The position numbers were made by a program, and so were the translations under genes. From Octopus bimaculoides (taxonomy: Eukaryota): a stretch of DNA of 64,000 nucleotides. The number at the start of each line of letters is the position of its first letter. Positions within the stretch are counted from its first letter, which is position 1. The notes beneath the pieces were generated by a model. It was given only the letters and a program-made list of their open reading frames with translations. It had not been told where the DNA came from and did not search any database. The stretch is taken from positions 68,042,494 through 68,106,493 of the forward strand of contig NC_068990.1 of assembly GCF_001194135.2 (NCBI RefSeq), given 5' to 3'. Positions 25,350 through 36,204 of this stretch are shown one piece after another.

Positions 25350-26214
25350 ATTGGAATATGAAAGTTAGGAATTTTGAATAGTCTTAATAGGGTTTTAACT
25401 AACAGAATTGTTAGCATTTCAGAAAAAAATGCTTAATAGCATTTCAACCAGTTTTTACATTCTGAGTTCAAATCCCACTAAACTCAGTCAAGCACAAGAC
25501 TCAATGCAATTAACTTGTCCTTTCCCCACAAAAATTGCTGCCATTAAGCCCCTCAGTGGACTGGTATCCTGTTCAGGGGAATTATTGAGATCTTGGTCAC
25601 TTATGCACTATGGAAACTGGGTATCTGGCCACATGAGTCCTAAGAACTCAACAATGAAAAACAAATAGTGTTTTAGAGCTATATTCCTGTAAACAGATAT
25701 GGTGTCTATTGTTCTGTAGGGCATTTCAGTGACTTTTGAAATTAGATTATGTTGTTTTGCTGCAAAAGTACTGGATAAATGCAGTTACGTTCTCAGCATA
25801 ATTTTATCCACAAAGCATTGTTATGGAGGATTTTATTGCAATTTATTACACAGTGATTAGAGAAATTATATGACCAGTGTAGTCTCTAATGAAACTTGCA
25901 GGATCAGTGACTGATGATAAGCTAATACCATGTCACTCATATTGTCACTAGCAGATGAGTACTATCTGGTAGTACATACTGTGAATTTGCTAAATGTATT
26001 AGGACATGTTGATGCAAGTAGACATAGATACCGTTTTAGCATTAAGTAGAACACCAAAGATGTGATAACTGAAAGGAGAGAGAGCAACACTAGCAGCCGT
26101 ATACATACCCATACACAGTCTAACAGAGTGGACTGGATCTATCTTAAACCAAGTGCCTTCTTCAAAGACACAACATACACCCCAGTCCAGGAATCAAACC
26201 CACATCCTTATGAT

Positions 26215-26665
26215 TAGAAGCTTAACACTTTAACAACCAGACCACATACCTTCATCCCGATATTGGAGTGTTTGCATATTATAACAAAAATTAGGCATTT
26301 ACTCACAAAACTTTTAAGTGCAGAGTTAACTTTACTGTATAGAATGTTGGATAAAAATGGAAATATATAGAACAGGTAGAAGTTCATATTGGTGTTTGAA
26401 ATTATCTTAAAACAAAGACAGTTCAAATATAGAAAATTATTGGAGAAATGCTTTATTTTATTTTTTATTTTTTACCCCCAAGTTTATTTTTTTACCTTTG
26501 TAAACAACTATTTGTGGTGCCACAAAGGTTGATGTAAAAAGAGAAAGATGAAAATATAGATAAACGACATAAATAAATGATGGAAATAATAATATTTTTA
26601 GTGTTGTTGTTGTTGATGATGATAATAAACATGTTAGAAGAGATACAGTTAATTTGTTTGCGTGT
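26215..26665. repeat. Left arm of a ~450-bp inverted duplication (partner 30300-30745)
   Basis: AAACAACTATTTGTGGTGCCACAAAGGTTGATGTAAAA (~26501) vs TTTTACATCAACCTTTGTGGCACCACAAACAGTTATTT (~30416); colinear throughout. Confidence 0.85.
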
Positions 26666-27061
26666 ATGGGTATGTATACATGTGTGTGTGTGTGTGTGTG
26701 TTTACTTAGTTTAGAGTTTATGGATATATTTGTTTACATACATGTGCATATACATGTATGTATACCAAAATCACTAGACACACATATTCACAAATATACG
26801 CTTATCTATATACATATAGATACATGTACATAAATATACACATATTCCAATACACAAATACATATACATGTATGAAATCATACAAACATGCACACACATT
26901 CTTGTACAGAGCACGATATATATAGGGTATGACATAAAACTAATGTTAGAACGCTGTGTGTTTGTTCAGAGTGTGAAAGATGCATCTGTGAAGAAAAAAA
27001 CTTGAAAAATGTTTATGAAATATCTGTTTGTTGTTGTGTATCAATTTTCAGAACACAGAGT

Positions 27062-27178
27062 ATATACAGAGAGAGAAATAACAAGAGTGGAGATCTGTTC
27101 ATATACAGAGAGAGAAATAACAAGAGTGGAGATCTGTTCATATACAGAGAGAGAAATAACAAGAGTGGAGATCTGTTC
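27062..27178 (+). repeat. Three perfect tandem copies of a 39-bp unit
   Basis: ATATACAGAGAGAGAAATAACAAGAGTGGAGATCTGTTC x3. Confidence 0.95.
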
Positions 27179-27423
27179 ATATGTTTATTTCCACTCTTGT
27201 CACTATGTATATATCTTTTTCTTTCATCTTTTACTTGTTTCAGTCATTTGACTGTGGCCATGCTGGAGCACCGCCTTGAAGGGTTTTAGTCAAAAAATCA
27301 ACCCTAGGACTTATTTTTTAAGCCTAGAACTTATTCTGTTCTATATTTGAGAGATGAGGAATTATGTACATTATTTACATTATTTACATTTGACAGATAT
27401 TTTTCCTCACCTTGTTTGTTGTT

Positions 27424-27469
27424 AACACAACATTTCAGCTGATATACCCTCCAGCCTTCTTCAGGTGTC
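27424..27469 (-). ncRNA. Minimal type-I hammerhead ribozyme motif in the left pLTR
   Basis: Minus strand: GACAC-CUGAAGA-A-GGCUG-gaggguauau-CAGCU-GAAAU-GUU|GUGUU. Stem I GACAC/GUGUU, 5-bp stem II, loopless A(C>U)GU stem III. Confidence 0.7.
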
Positions 27470-27540
27470 TTGGGGAAATTTCGAACCTGGGTTCTCATTC
27501 CTAAGGTATTTTTCAATGTTATTATTATTATTATTATTCA

Positions 27541-27612
27541 GGTCACTGTCTGGAATTGAAATCGGAATCTTGGGGTTAGTAGGCTGCGCTCTTAACGACT
27601 ACGCCATATGCC
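27541..27612 (-). promoter_or_regulatory. tRNA-derived Pol III A/B-box cassette in the left pLTR
   Basis: Minus strand A box TGGCGTAGTCG (27606-27596), B-box-like ATTTCAATTCC (27562-27552). Confidence 0.6.
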
Positions 27613-27916
27613 CGTGGGCAATTATGGAGTGAATATAAATCTAATATTTTCCTACCCTTCCTTAATACCGGTTCCCATATGCTATTCATATCTGCACTCG
27701 ATCTGCTTAGGAGGATGAAGTTAAAATAATAGACAGAGAGCACCACTGGAAAATACAAAAAAATAAAAGAAGTAACAAATATGCTAGGACACAACAACCT
27801 CCTAAGAGACCAAGTGCAGATATGAATATATGAATAGTATATGGGAACTGGTATTAAGGAAGGATAAGAAAATATTAGATTTATAAGCCCTAAAATTCAC
27901 TCTATAGTTGCCCACA

Positions 27917-27988
27917 GGCATATGGCATAGTGGTTAACAGCACGGGCTACTAATCCCAAGATTCTGAGTTCGATTCCAGGCAGTGACC
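27917..27988 (+). promoter_or_regulatory. tRNA-derived Pol III A/B-box cassette in the right pLTR
   Basis: A box TGGCATAGTGG (27923-27933), anticodon-arm-like GGGCTACTAATCCC, B box GTTCGATTCC (27968-27977). Confidence 0.7.
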
Positions 27989-28062
27989 TGAATAATAGTA
28001 ATAAGAAGAAGAAGATCGAAAAATACCTTAGGAATGAGAACCCAGGTTTGAAATTTCCCCAA

Positions 28063-28105
28063 GACACTTGATGAAGGCTGGAGAGTATATCAGCTGAAAC
28101 GTGTT
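28063..28105 (+). ncRNA. Degenerate hammerhead motif in the right pLTR
   Basis: GACAC-UUGAUGA-A-GGCUG-gagaguauau-CAGCU-GAAAC-GUGUU: C3>U, and 3 nt at the cleavage triplet are missing relative to the left copy. Confidence 0.6.
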
Positions 28106-28494
28106 AACAACAGACAACATGAGGACAAATATCCATCAAATATAAATAATGTAAATAAAGAACTTATTCTATTGGCCTCTTTTGCTGAACTCCTAAGTTA
28201 CAGGGACAAGTAGGGGATAAACAAAGACACATACATTCATAAATATATATATATACACACATATATGATGGGCTTCTTCCAGTTTCTGTTTACCAAATCC
28301 ACTTACAAGGATTTTGTCAGCCCAAGGCCATAGTGAAAGAAGACACATGCCTATGATGCCATATAGAGGGACAAGCTTCTTAATACAGTCAAACCTATAT
28401 TTGATAAATCGTATGGTATACACCAGGTAGTTTGACAATAGAACACATTCACTGGCTTAGTGTTCATTGGGTGTGTAATTAACGAGACACAGAA

Positions 28495-28657
28495 GACGGA
28501 AGATATGAGAATCTTAATTGATCACTACAATTATTTCAACCCATCTAGCATAGATCCCTCATGGGTGGGATACTGTACAACTGGTTTAGGTGCATCCGTC
28601 AGTGTAGATATGTCGAGACAATTGTAATGATCAATAAAACTTCTTGTATCTTCCATC
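28495..28657. repeat. Short inverted repeat carrying outward-facing GAAAC-AATT-GTA relics
   Basis: 28495-28545 vs 28604-28657 (GACGGAAGATATGAGAATCTTAATTGATCACTACAATT vs the complement GATGGAAGATACAAGAAGTTTTATTGATCATTACAATT). Confidence 0.75.
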
Positions 28658-28668
28658 TGTCATTAATA

Positions 28669-28721
<53 letters not shown>

Positions 28722-28722
<1 letters not shown>

Positions 28723-28905
28723 AGCACTCTGTTGGTTACGACAATGAGGACCCCAGCTGATATGATTAATGGAACAATGGAACAGCTTGCTTGTGAAATT
28801 AATGTGCAAGTGGCTGAGCACTCCACAGACACATGTACCCTTAATGTAGTTCTCAGAAAGATTCAGCATGACACAGAGTGTGACAAGGCTGGGCCTTTGA
28901 AATAC
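28722..28905 (-). mobile_element. SINE family C, 3' portion
   Basis: Matches 14389-14570 (GTGCAAGTGGCTGAGCACTCCACAGACAC). Confidence 0.85.
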
Positions 28906-29612
28906 AGGTACTATTTATATTTGCCAGCTGTGTCGACTGGAGCAATGTGCAATACATATCATCATCATTGTGTCACATCCATTTTCTATGCTGGCATGGG
29001 TTAGATGGTTTGACTGAAGCTGGTAAGCTAGAGAGCTGCACCATGCTCCAGTCATCTATTTTGGCTTGGTTTCTATGGCTGGATGCCCTTCCTAATGCCA
29101 ATTACTTTACAGAGTGTACTGGGTGTCTTTCACTTGTTGCTGCTATGGGTGCATTTTACATGTCAACGGCACAAGCAGAGATGTTAAATAATTAGGCTGA
29201 TATATATATAATCATTTAGTAAGCACAATATATATTTATGTGTGTGCTACTATAAGTTTCATACTCAGTACAGTAATTGGACAGGCTTATCTAGTATGCC
29301 ATGTGCTATCCTGGAATTGCTCACACACACACACACACGCACACACACTCACGCATACACACGCACACANNNNNNNNNNCACACACACACACGCACACAC
29401 ACTCACGCATACACACGCACACATATATATGTATGTGTGTGTGTCTATATAAAATAATAATAATCAAAATTAAATCCTGTATTTATTTATAATACTTATC
29501 TTTTGCTAGATGGAGTACTTATTTCCTTGAACCTACCAAAACTCTCTCTCTCATTCTCTTTCTCCCCCCATCCCTCTATATATATGTGTGTGTGTTTGTG
29601 TGTCTGTGTGTG

Positions 29613-29654
<42 letters not shown>

Positions 29655-30299
29655 GAGAGAGAGAGAGAGAGAGACACACACACACACAGAGTTGTGAAAT
29701 GGATACTAAATAACACAATCAAGGATTCCTATGTCATGGTACTATGGCTATGTCATGGTGTTGGAACGTTCTTTCATAAAAGTCACCAACCACAATCACA
29801 GAATTCATACCACAATTACCAAAACCAAAACAACTTCCAACAACCAGTTTTTCATGACATCATTCTAACGTTATGTATTTAGCATAACATTCATTGTTAT
29901 TTTCTTCTTTTCTTTTTCTGCTTAGATGAGTCTCTATGCATGCTTGATTGCTTTGACAGATGAAGTGATGTGATTTCATCACAGGAATGATGAAGACTTT
30001 TTTACACTACAAATATATTAAACCATACAATGTATATATACATATGTGTTTATGTGTGTGGTGCATGTGTTTATATGTATATAAAAAACATGCACCACAC
30101 ACTTATACACAGTTAATTTGTTTGTATACGTGTGTGTGTATATATATNNNNNNNNNNNNNNNNNNNNNNNNNNNNNNNNNNNNNNNNNNNNNNNNNNNNN
30201 NNNNNNNNNNNNNNNNNNNNNNNNNNNNNNNNNNNNNNNNNNNNNNNNNNNNNNNNNNNNNNNNNNNNNNNNNNNNNNNNNNACACACACACACACACA

Positions 30300-30745
30300 T
30301 ATACAAACAAATTAACTGTAACATTTCTTTATCATCATCAACAACAACCATATTATTATTATTTCCATCATTTATTTCATTTATGTCATGTGTTTATATT
30401 TTAATCTTTTTTCCTTTTACATCAACCTTTGTGGCACCACAAACAGTTATTTACAAAGGTAAAAAAATAAATTTGGGAGAAAATCAAAAATAGAAAGGAA
30501 GATGTTTCCCAACAATTTTCTATATTTGAACTGTGCCTTTGTGTTAAGATAATTTCAAACATCACCGATATGAACTTCTACCTATGTTATATATTTCCAT
30601 TTTCTGACAAGTCTATAACATATAGTTAACACTGTGCTTAAGATATTTTGTCAGTAAATGCCTAAGTAGATTTACTTTTTTTTTATATGCAAACACTCCA
30701 ATACATGGACAAAAGTATGTTGTCCAGTTGTTAAGGTGTTAAGCT
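30300..30745. repeat. Right arm of the inverted duplication (partner 26215-26665)
   Basis: Reverse complement of the partner arm. Confidence 0.85.
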
Positions 30746-31267
30746 CCAGCTGTCACATTGTTGGTGTACTCCTGGGTGGAAGGGGAAGAATGGCAACAGA
30801 GTATATGTCTGCTTGCAAGGGGATGACAGGGAACCAAAACTCCTTGCAGTTTGCTGTGCTTGAGAAGACACATCAAGCTAAGTAAAATCAGCTAAGTATG
30901 CATACAGGCATGTCCCCTGCATCCCTCTCCAGCTGAGCATTCCTAATCTTGTGGGCGGGTGGGTGCTGGTGCTACATAACAAGCACCTGTTACAGTGCCA
31001 TGTAAATGCACCCATGCTGGTGCTGTATAAAACAAACCAGTACACTATGCAAAGTGGATGGTGTTAAGAAGGGCACCCAGCCATAGAAAATATGTCAAAA
31101 CAGACACATACACCTCTTCAGCTAGTCAGCTGCTGTCAAACCGTCCAACAAATACCAGCATGGAAAATAGACATTAAATGATGATGATGTAAATACATTG
31201 TATTTACTTGCTAGTGACAGGTATGGCTAAGGATTTTTTGAATCTGTAACTGTTTATAATAATAATA

Positions 31268-31610
31268 ATGAGCTTAATATATACAGGGCTGAGGTGCACT
31301 ACAATTCACCAGGAAAAACTAAAAGAAGGGACAGAAAGTAGCTATATTACAGAACAACAAAAATACATGCACAGGACACAAGATAAAACAAAAAACAACA
31401 ACAGAAAACTGAACATTGAAAGAACCATACAGAGGAAAAGGTGCATAAATACATCAGGAGAAGTGCTGGCAAATTTCAGGAAGCATGGAATTTATGAAGG
31501 ATGCAGTGTCCTGACAACAAACAACTGATACAGCTAGTTTATTCCATGTTTTGACAGATCTCAGAATGCAAAAAAGTGTTTCCATGAATCATGGGTGCTG
31601 CACTGGTTTT
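31268..31610 (-). mobile_element. CR1/L2-type LINE 3' end
   Basis: Minus strand VKTWNK/LAVSVVCCQDTASFINSMLPEI; ends TGTAGTGCACCTCAGCCCTGTATATATTAAGCTCA(TTA)n. Confidence 0.7.
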
Positions 31611-32915
31611 TCTTTTATTCTTTTATTTCCTTCAGTTATTTGACTTCAGCCATGCTGGAGCACCATCTTTAGTCGAAGAAATCAACCCCAGGACTTATTC
31701 TTTGTAAGCTTAGTACATAGTCTATCATCTCTTTTGCCGAACCGCTAAGTTATGGGGATGTAAACACTAACATCGGTTGTCAAGCGATGGTGGGGGGGAC
31801 AAACACAAACATATATGTATACGTGTGTGTGTGTGTGTGTGTGCGTGTGTTGGGCGTCCTTCAGTTTCTGTCTGCCAAATCCGNNNNNNNNNNGTAAACA
31901 CTAACATCGGTTGTCAAGCGATGGTGGGGGGGACAAACACAAACATATATGTATACGTGTGTGTGTGTGTGTGTGTGCGTGTGTTGGGCGTCCTTCAGTT
32001 TCTGTCTGCCAAATCCGCTCATAAGGCTTTGGTTGGCCCGGGTCTTTAGTGGAGGTCACTTACCCTGGGTTCCACGCAGGGGGGGGGGGCCTGGTCCCAT
32101 GTGGTTGGGGTACAAGCTTCTTACCAACAGCCATGTCTGTGCCTATTGTGCATGTTTAATATCTTCTTACAGTAAGGTCCCTGTTCCTGCCTCTCTTTCC
32201 TCATCTGGCATAAAGTCATCTCCCTCAATACTCCCTTGGTTGAAGAATACTGTATAGTGGTTACTGTATGCTGTATAGTGGAATACTGTATACTGTATAG
32301 AAGAACACTGTATACCTGGTTATCTTGCTAGAGCCAGTGTCACACATAAAGCACCCTGCACACTCTGTAATAAAGTGGTTTGCATTAGGAAGGGTGTTCA
32401 GCCATACAAACTAAAGCAGAGACATACACAGATTTCAGTAAATCCTCTGTCATTATTTGACAAGGTAATCTGCTAGACAGCATAATACAATATCTCCACT
32501 CCCTCAATATTCACAACTATGATAACCCTTAGTTTGGTGCTATGACTTCCAACACAATTCTACAGTACTCTACTTGCATACATACCTAGACATACATATG
32601 CATACATATATGCATGTATGTATGTGTCTGCTTTATTTGGATCTGGTCAAAGAAATTTATATGTTTAGCAGTGGCACTGTCACAGTTTATATATACATAT
32701 GAGTAAACTCTGAAGCTGGATTTGAACTTGCATCGTATACTTAGCTCATTTGTGTTACTTTTTATGATGGCAACTATTCAGCAAATGTCACTTTAATAAA
32801 ACTATCTATGTGTGGTTTAATTAGATATTGACAGCATTATTACATGTCATTCTTTGTGTCTACCTTTCTCTCTTTCTCTTGCTTTCATCCCTCCCCTACA
32901 CAACACACACACACA

Positions 32916-32957
<42 letters not shown>

Positions 32958-33287
32958 TTTCTTTGTCCTAATTCTTTTGATTAACAGATCCTAATTTGAT
33001 ATATTGGCAAAATCCTGCGTAATTAATTAATTATTTGCATATTAATATTAATTATATACTTCAACCAATGCCAGCATAGTAGAGTGGATGCTAAAATTGA
33101 TGATTATAATGATGATAATAATGAGAGGAGGAGGAGGAGGACTATTTATTCCAGGAATATATGTAATCAAATAATCTCACATTTCTCTAACAATTCATAA
33201 ATTGAAAAGTATAGAAAACAATTATGCTATATGTGTGGGTGTGCTTATAAATGTATGTGCATATATGACCACATATGTAGCTAAATG

Positions 33288-33848
33288 NNNNNNNNNNNNN
33301 NNNNNNNNNNNNNNNNNNNNNNNNNNNNNNNNNNNNNNNNNNNNNNNNNNNNNNNNNNNNNNNNNNNNNNNNNNNNNNNNNNNNNNNNNNNNNNNNNNNN
33401 NNNNNNNNNNNNNNNNNNNNNNNNNNNNNNNNNNNNNNNNNNNNNNNNNNNNNNNNNNNNNNNNNNNNNNNNNNNNNNNNNNNNNNNNNNNNNNNNNNNN
33501 NNNNNNNNNNNNNNNNNNNNNNNNNNNNNNNNNNNNNNNNNNNNNNNNNNNNNNNNNNNNNNNNNNNNNNNNNNNNNNNNNNNNNNNNNNNNNNNNNNNN
33601 NNNNNNNNNNNNNNNNNNNNNNNNNNNNNNNNNNNNNNNNNNNNNNNNNNNNNNNNNNNNNNNNNNNNNNNNNNNNNNNNNNNNNNNNNNNNNNNNNNNN
33701 NNNNNNNNNNNNNNNNNNNNNNNNNNNNNNNNNNNNNNNNNNNNNNNNNNNNNNNNNNNNNNNNNNNNNNNNNNNNNNNNNNNNNNNNNNNNNNNNNNNN
33801 NNNNNNNNNNNNNNNNNNNNNNNNNNNNNNNNNNNNNNNNNNNNNNNN
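33288..33848. other. Assembly gap (others at ~1861, 6001, 6861, 9256, 15956, 29370, 30148, 31884, 37024, 43850-44505, 54176, 57926-58191, 61135)
   Basis: N runs, mostly next to microsatellites. Confidence 0.98.
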
Positions 33849-34349
33849 TGGCAAATTTTCAAGAAGAGGGGAAATGAAAATAATGTTTTTTACAAAAATA
33901 TAAAAAATATATAAAAAAATAAATATACCAATACGTTATATTGTCTTTGAGTTTTTAAAGTTCAATGGTAATCCATGTAGATAATTGTTAGATAGATTAG
34001 GATGCATGGAATTAAGAATGGTGTTGTGTTTAAAAAAAGCTGAGAATTTATGTGTTAAACAGGAAGTGTGTGTAAGGGAAGACAATTCTGTGGGTTTTAT
34101 ACTCTTTAGTTGGAGTTCTGGACTCTTTGTCAACAGGAAGTTTATGTCTGTTTTTAGAGAAACAAGAAGTAAATTTATATGTATTTCAATGGGTAAGTGA
34201 GAGAGGGGAATATGGTCACCGAGGGGTTTGTATGTTAAGAAGCATTTGGAATTTCTCTATAAAAAAATTCTCCTTATTGATTCTTTCTTGTGAAGAGATT
34301 CTGTCTTTACATTGATAGAAAGGGAATATAAGGAATTTAGGGTTTTTAA

Positions 34350-34636
34350 CAGGGTTGGACATGTGTGGCTGTGGTCTCACTTTGGTCGCTGGGTCTTCTC
34401 TATCACACGGTATCTCCAAAGGTCCTGGTCTCCTGTCATTGCCTCTGTGAGGCCCAATGTTTGAAGGTCATGCTTCACCACCTCATGCCATGTCTTCCTG
34501 GGTCTACCTCTTCCACAGGTTCCTTCTACAGTTAGGGAGTGGCACTTCCTCACACAGCTGTCTTCATTCATGCATAACACATGACCATACCAGTGCAAAC
34601 GTCTCTCTTGCACAATACATTTGCTGCTTCTTATGC

Positions 34637-34638
<2 letters not shown>
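34350..34638 (-). mobile_element. RTE-clade LINE ORF C-terminal fragment
   Basis: QERRLHWYGHVLCMNEDSCVRKCHSLTVEGTCGRGRPRKTWHEVVKHDL: the RLxWxGHVxRM and GRGRPRKTW motifs of RTE. Confidence 0.9.
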
Positions 34639-34678
<40 letters not shown>

Positions 34679-34916
34679 TATCTTGTTTCAGTTATTTGAC
34701 TGTAGCCATACTGGGGAACCACTTTGAATGGTTTTGTAATAAAAAAAAAATTGACACCCAGGACTTCCTTTTTTAATGTTAGTACTTATTCTATCGGGTT
34801 CTTGTACCAAACCGCTAAATCATGGAGATGCAAACACACTCACACCAGTTGTTAAATGGCAGTGAAGATTCAACCATAGATACAAAGGCGCACACACACA
34901 CACACACACACACATG

Positions 34917-36146
34917 TAGGATGTCCAAAAAAATGTATACACACTTTAAATACTTATAAAGTAGGTGTTTATTAAAATACATTTCATTTTCAATATTTAC
35001 TAGAATCTACATATTTTATTTTACTGTTTTATCAATGCCTGTTTTCAAAATGACATCTGTTCTGGTCTAGGCACTACTGACAACTCAAAGCAATGGATTC
35101 ACAAACATCATGCAACAATTAGTTTGCTATTTGTATGCATTCTTGTTCAATGTCTGCTCTCAAATCAGCAACTAGACTTTGTCTTTTAGGTATAAAATAA
35201 AAAAAGTTTAGTGGTGTGAGGTCCGGTGAATGAGGAGGGTATTCAATGAAACCCCTTCATTCAATCCACCTGTTTAGCAAGATCTTGTCAAGGAAGGATC
35301 TAACATTGCAATGGTAGTGTGAGGATGCCCCATCTTACTGAAAATAAAAATCCTCATCTTCAAAGTCTTCTCTAATGCTTGGCATGAGTGATGCAGCAAG
35401 TTCAAGTAAATGGGACCAGTCACAGTAGCATAAAAAAAGAATGGTCCACTTAATTCTCTTGATCATAAACCACACCACAGTGTAACTCCTGGTAAATTAT
35501 CATGGTATTCCACCATAACATGTGGATTCTCAGGTCCCCAGTAGGTGCAATCATGGCAGTTAATTGAACCAGTTAATCTGAATGTGGCCTCATCACTCCA
35601 CACAGTCTTTGTTGGAAAGTGTGCATCTTCTACACATCGTGCCAAGTACCACTTGCAACGCAGCACTCTTCAGTCAGGATCATCATCATTAATGGCATGG
35701 ACTAATCTTGGAACATATCTTTTCCATTGATAAAGCTTCAAAATGCATTGGACAGACGATTTTGAAATATCTACCTCATGATTCTCTTGCCACACAGATT
35801 TTCTTGGACTTTGGTGATACATTTCCAGCACTCCTTCCTGCTTTGTGAGGGTTGTCGATATTCGTAGTCTTCCAGAACGCTTCTCGTGGACATTCTGAAC
35901 AGTTCCATCGGTTTCAAATTTGAGTGATGGTAAGTCACATTGGTGAATCTGTTTGAAACTCCCGCCTAAACTGTCTTTACACTTCAACTGTGTTTTCACA
36001 CTTCCAGTAGCATTTTACAATGGATTTCCTTTGTTCAAAGCTAAGTTTGACTGCCATCATTAATTCCAATGCATTTCATTTGGAGAGAACAAACATTGAG
36101 CCATTGAGCTGCTAAATTGTGAATTCATTTTTTGGGGGACACCCTG
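34917..36146 (-). mobile_element. Full-length decayed Tc1/mariner transposon, DD41D (rosa-type) transposase pseudogene
   Basis: TIRs (C/T)AGG(G/A)TGTCC...AAAAAATG at both ends, TA at 36147-36148. Minus strand WSDEATF...[10 protein letters not shown]...GPFFF...FYFQ*DGASSHY...YPPHSPDLTPL(N); 41 residues between the second D and the third catalytic position; stops and frameshifts. Confidence 0.9.

Positions 36147-36204
<58 letters not shown>

Larger units (their letters stand above)
27338..28158 (+). mobile_element. 5'-truncated Penelope-like element (GIY-YIG endonuclease C-terminus + pLTR) preceded by an inverted pLTR; 12-bp TSD
   Basis: From 27714 reads DEVKIIDREHHWKIQK/IKEVTNMLGHNNLL/SADMNSIWELVLRK (frameshifted), matching the PLE endonuclease end (ILDRE..W..RKIKEA..I...LNR..G..L..IW). 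Inverted arms 27338-27714 and 27798-28158; TSD AGAACTTATTCT at 27326-27337 and 28159-28170. Confidence 0.8.
27207..28400 (-). mobile_element. SINE family B copy split by the Penelope-like insertion (27207-27337 and 28159-28400)
   Basis: The two halves join into a continuous family B sequence across the duplicated AGAACTTATTCT. Confidence 0.85.

Noticed and set aside
27062-27178. CRISPR-like array
   Set aside because: Units are contiguous with no spacers, in eukaryotic DNA without cas genes.
27917-27988. Possible genuine tRNA gene
   Set aside because: No acceptor stem or T-run terminator, and it is embedded in a repeat; all tRNA-like segments in the window are SINE or pLTR heads.
31760-32020. 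~124-bp direct duplication around a 10-N gap
   Set aside because: Near-identical copies abutting a minimal gap indicate an uncollapsed contig overlap; the same applies at 29320-29420.
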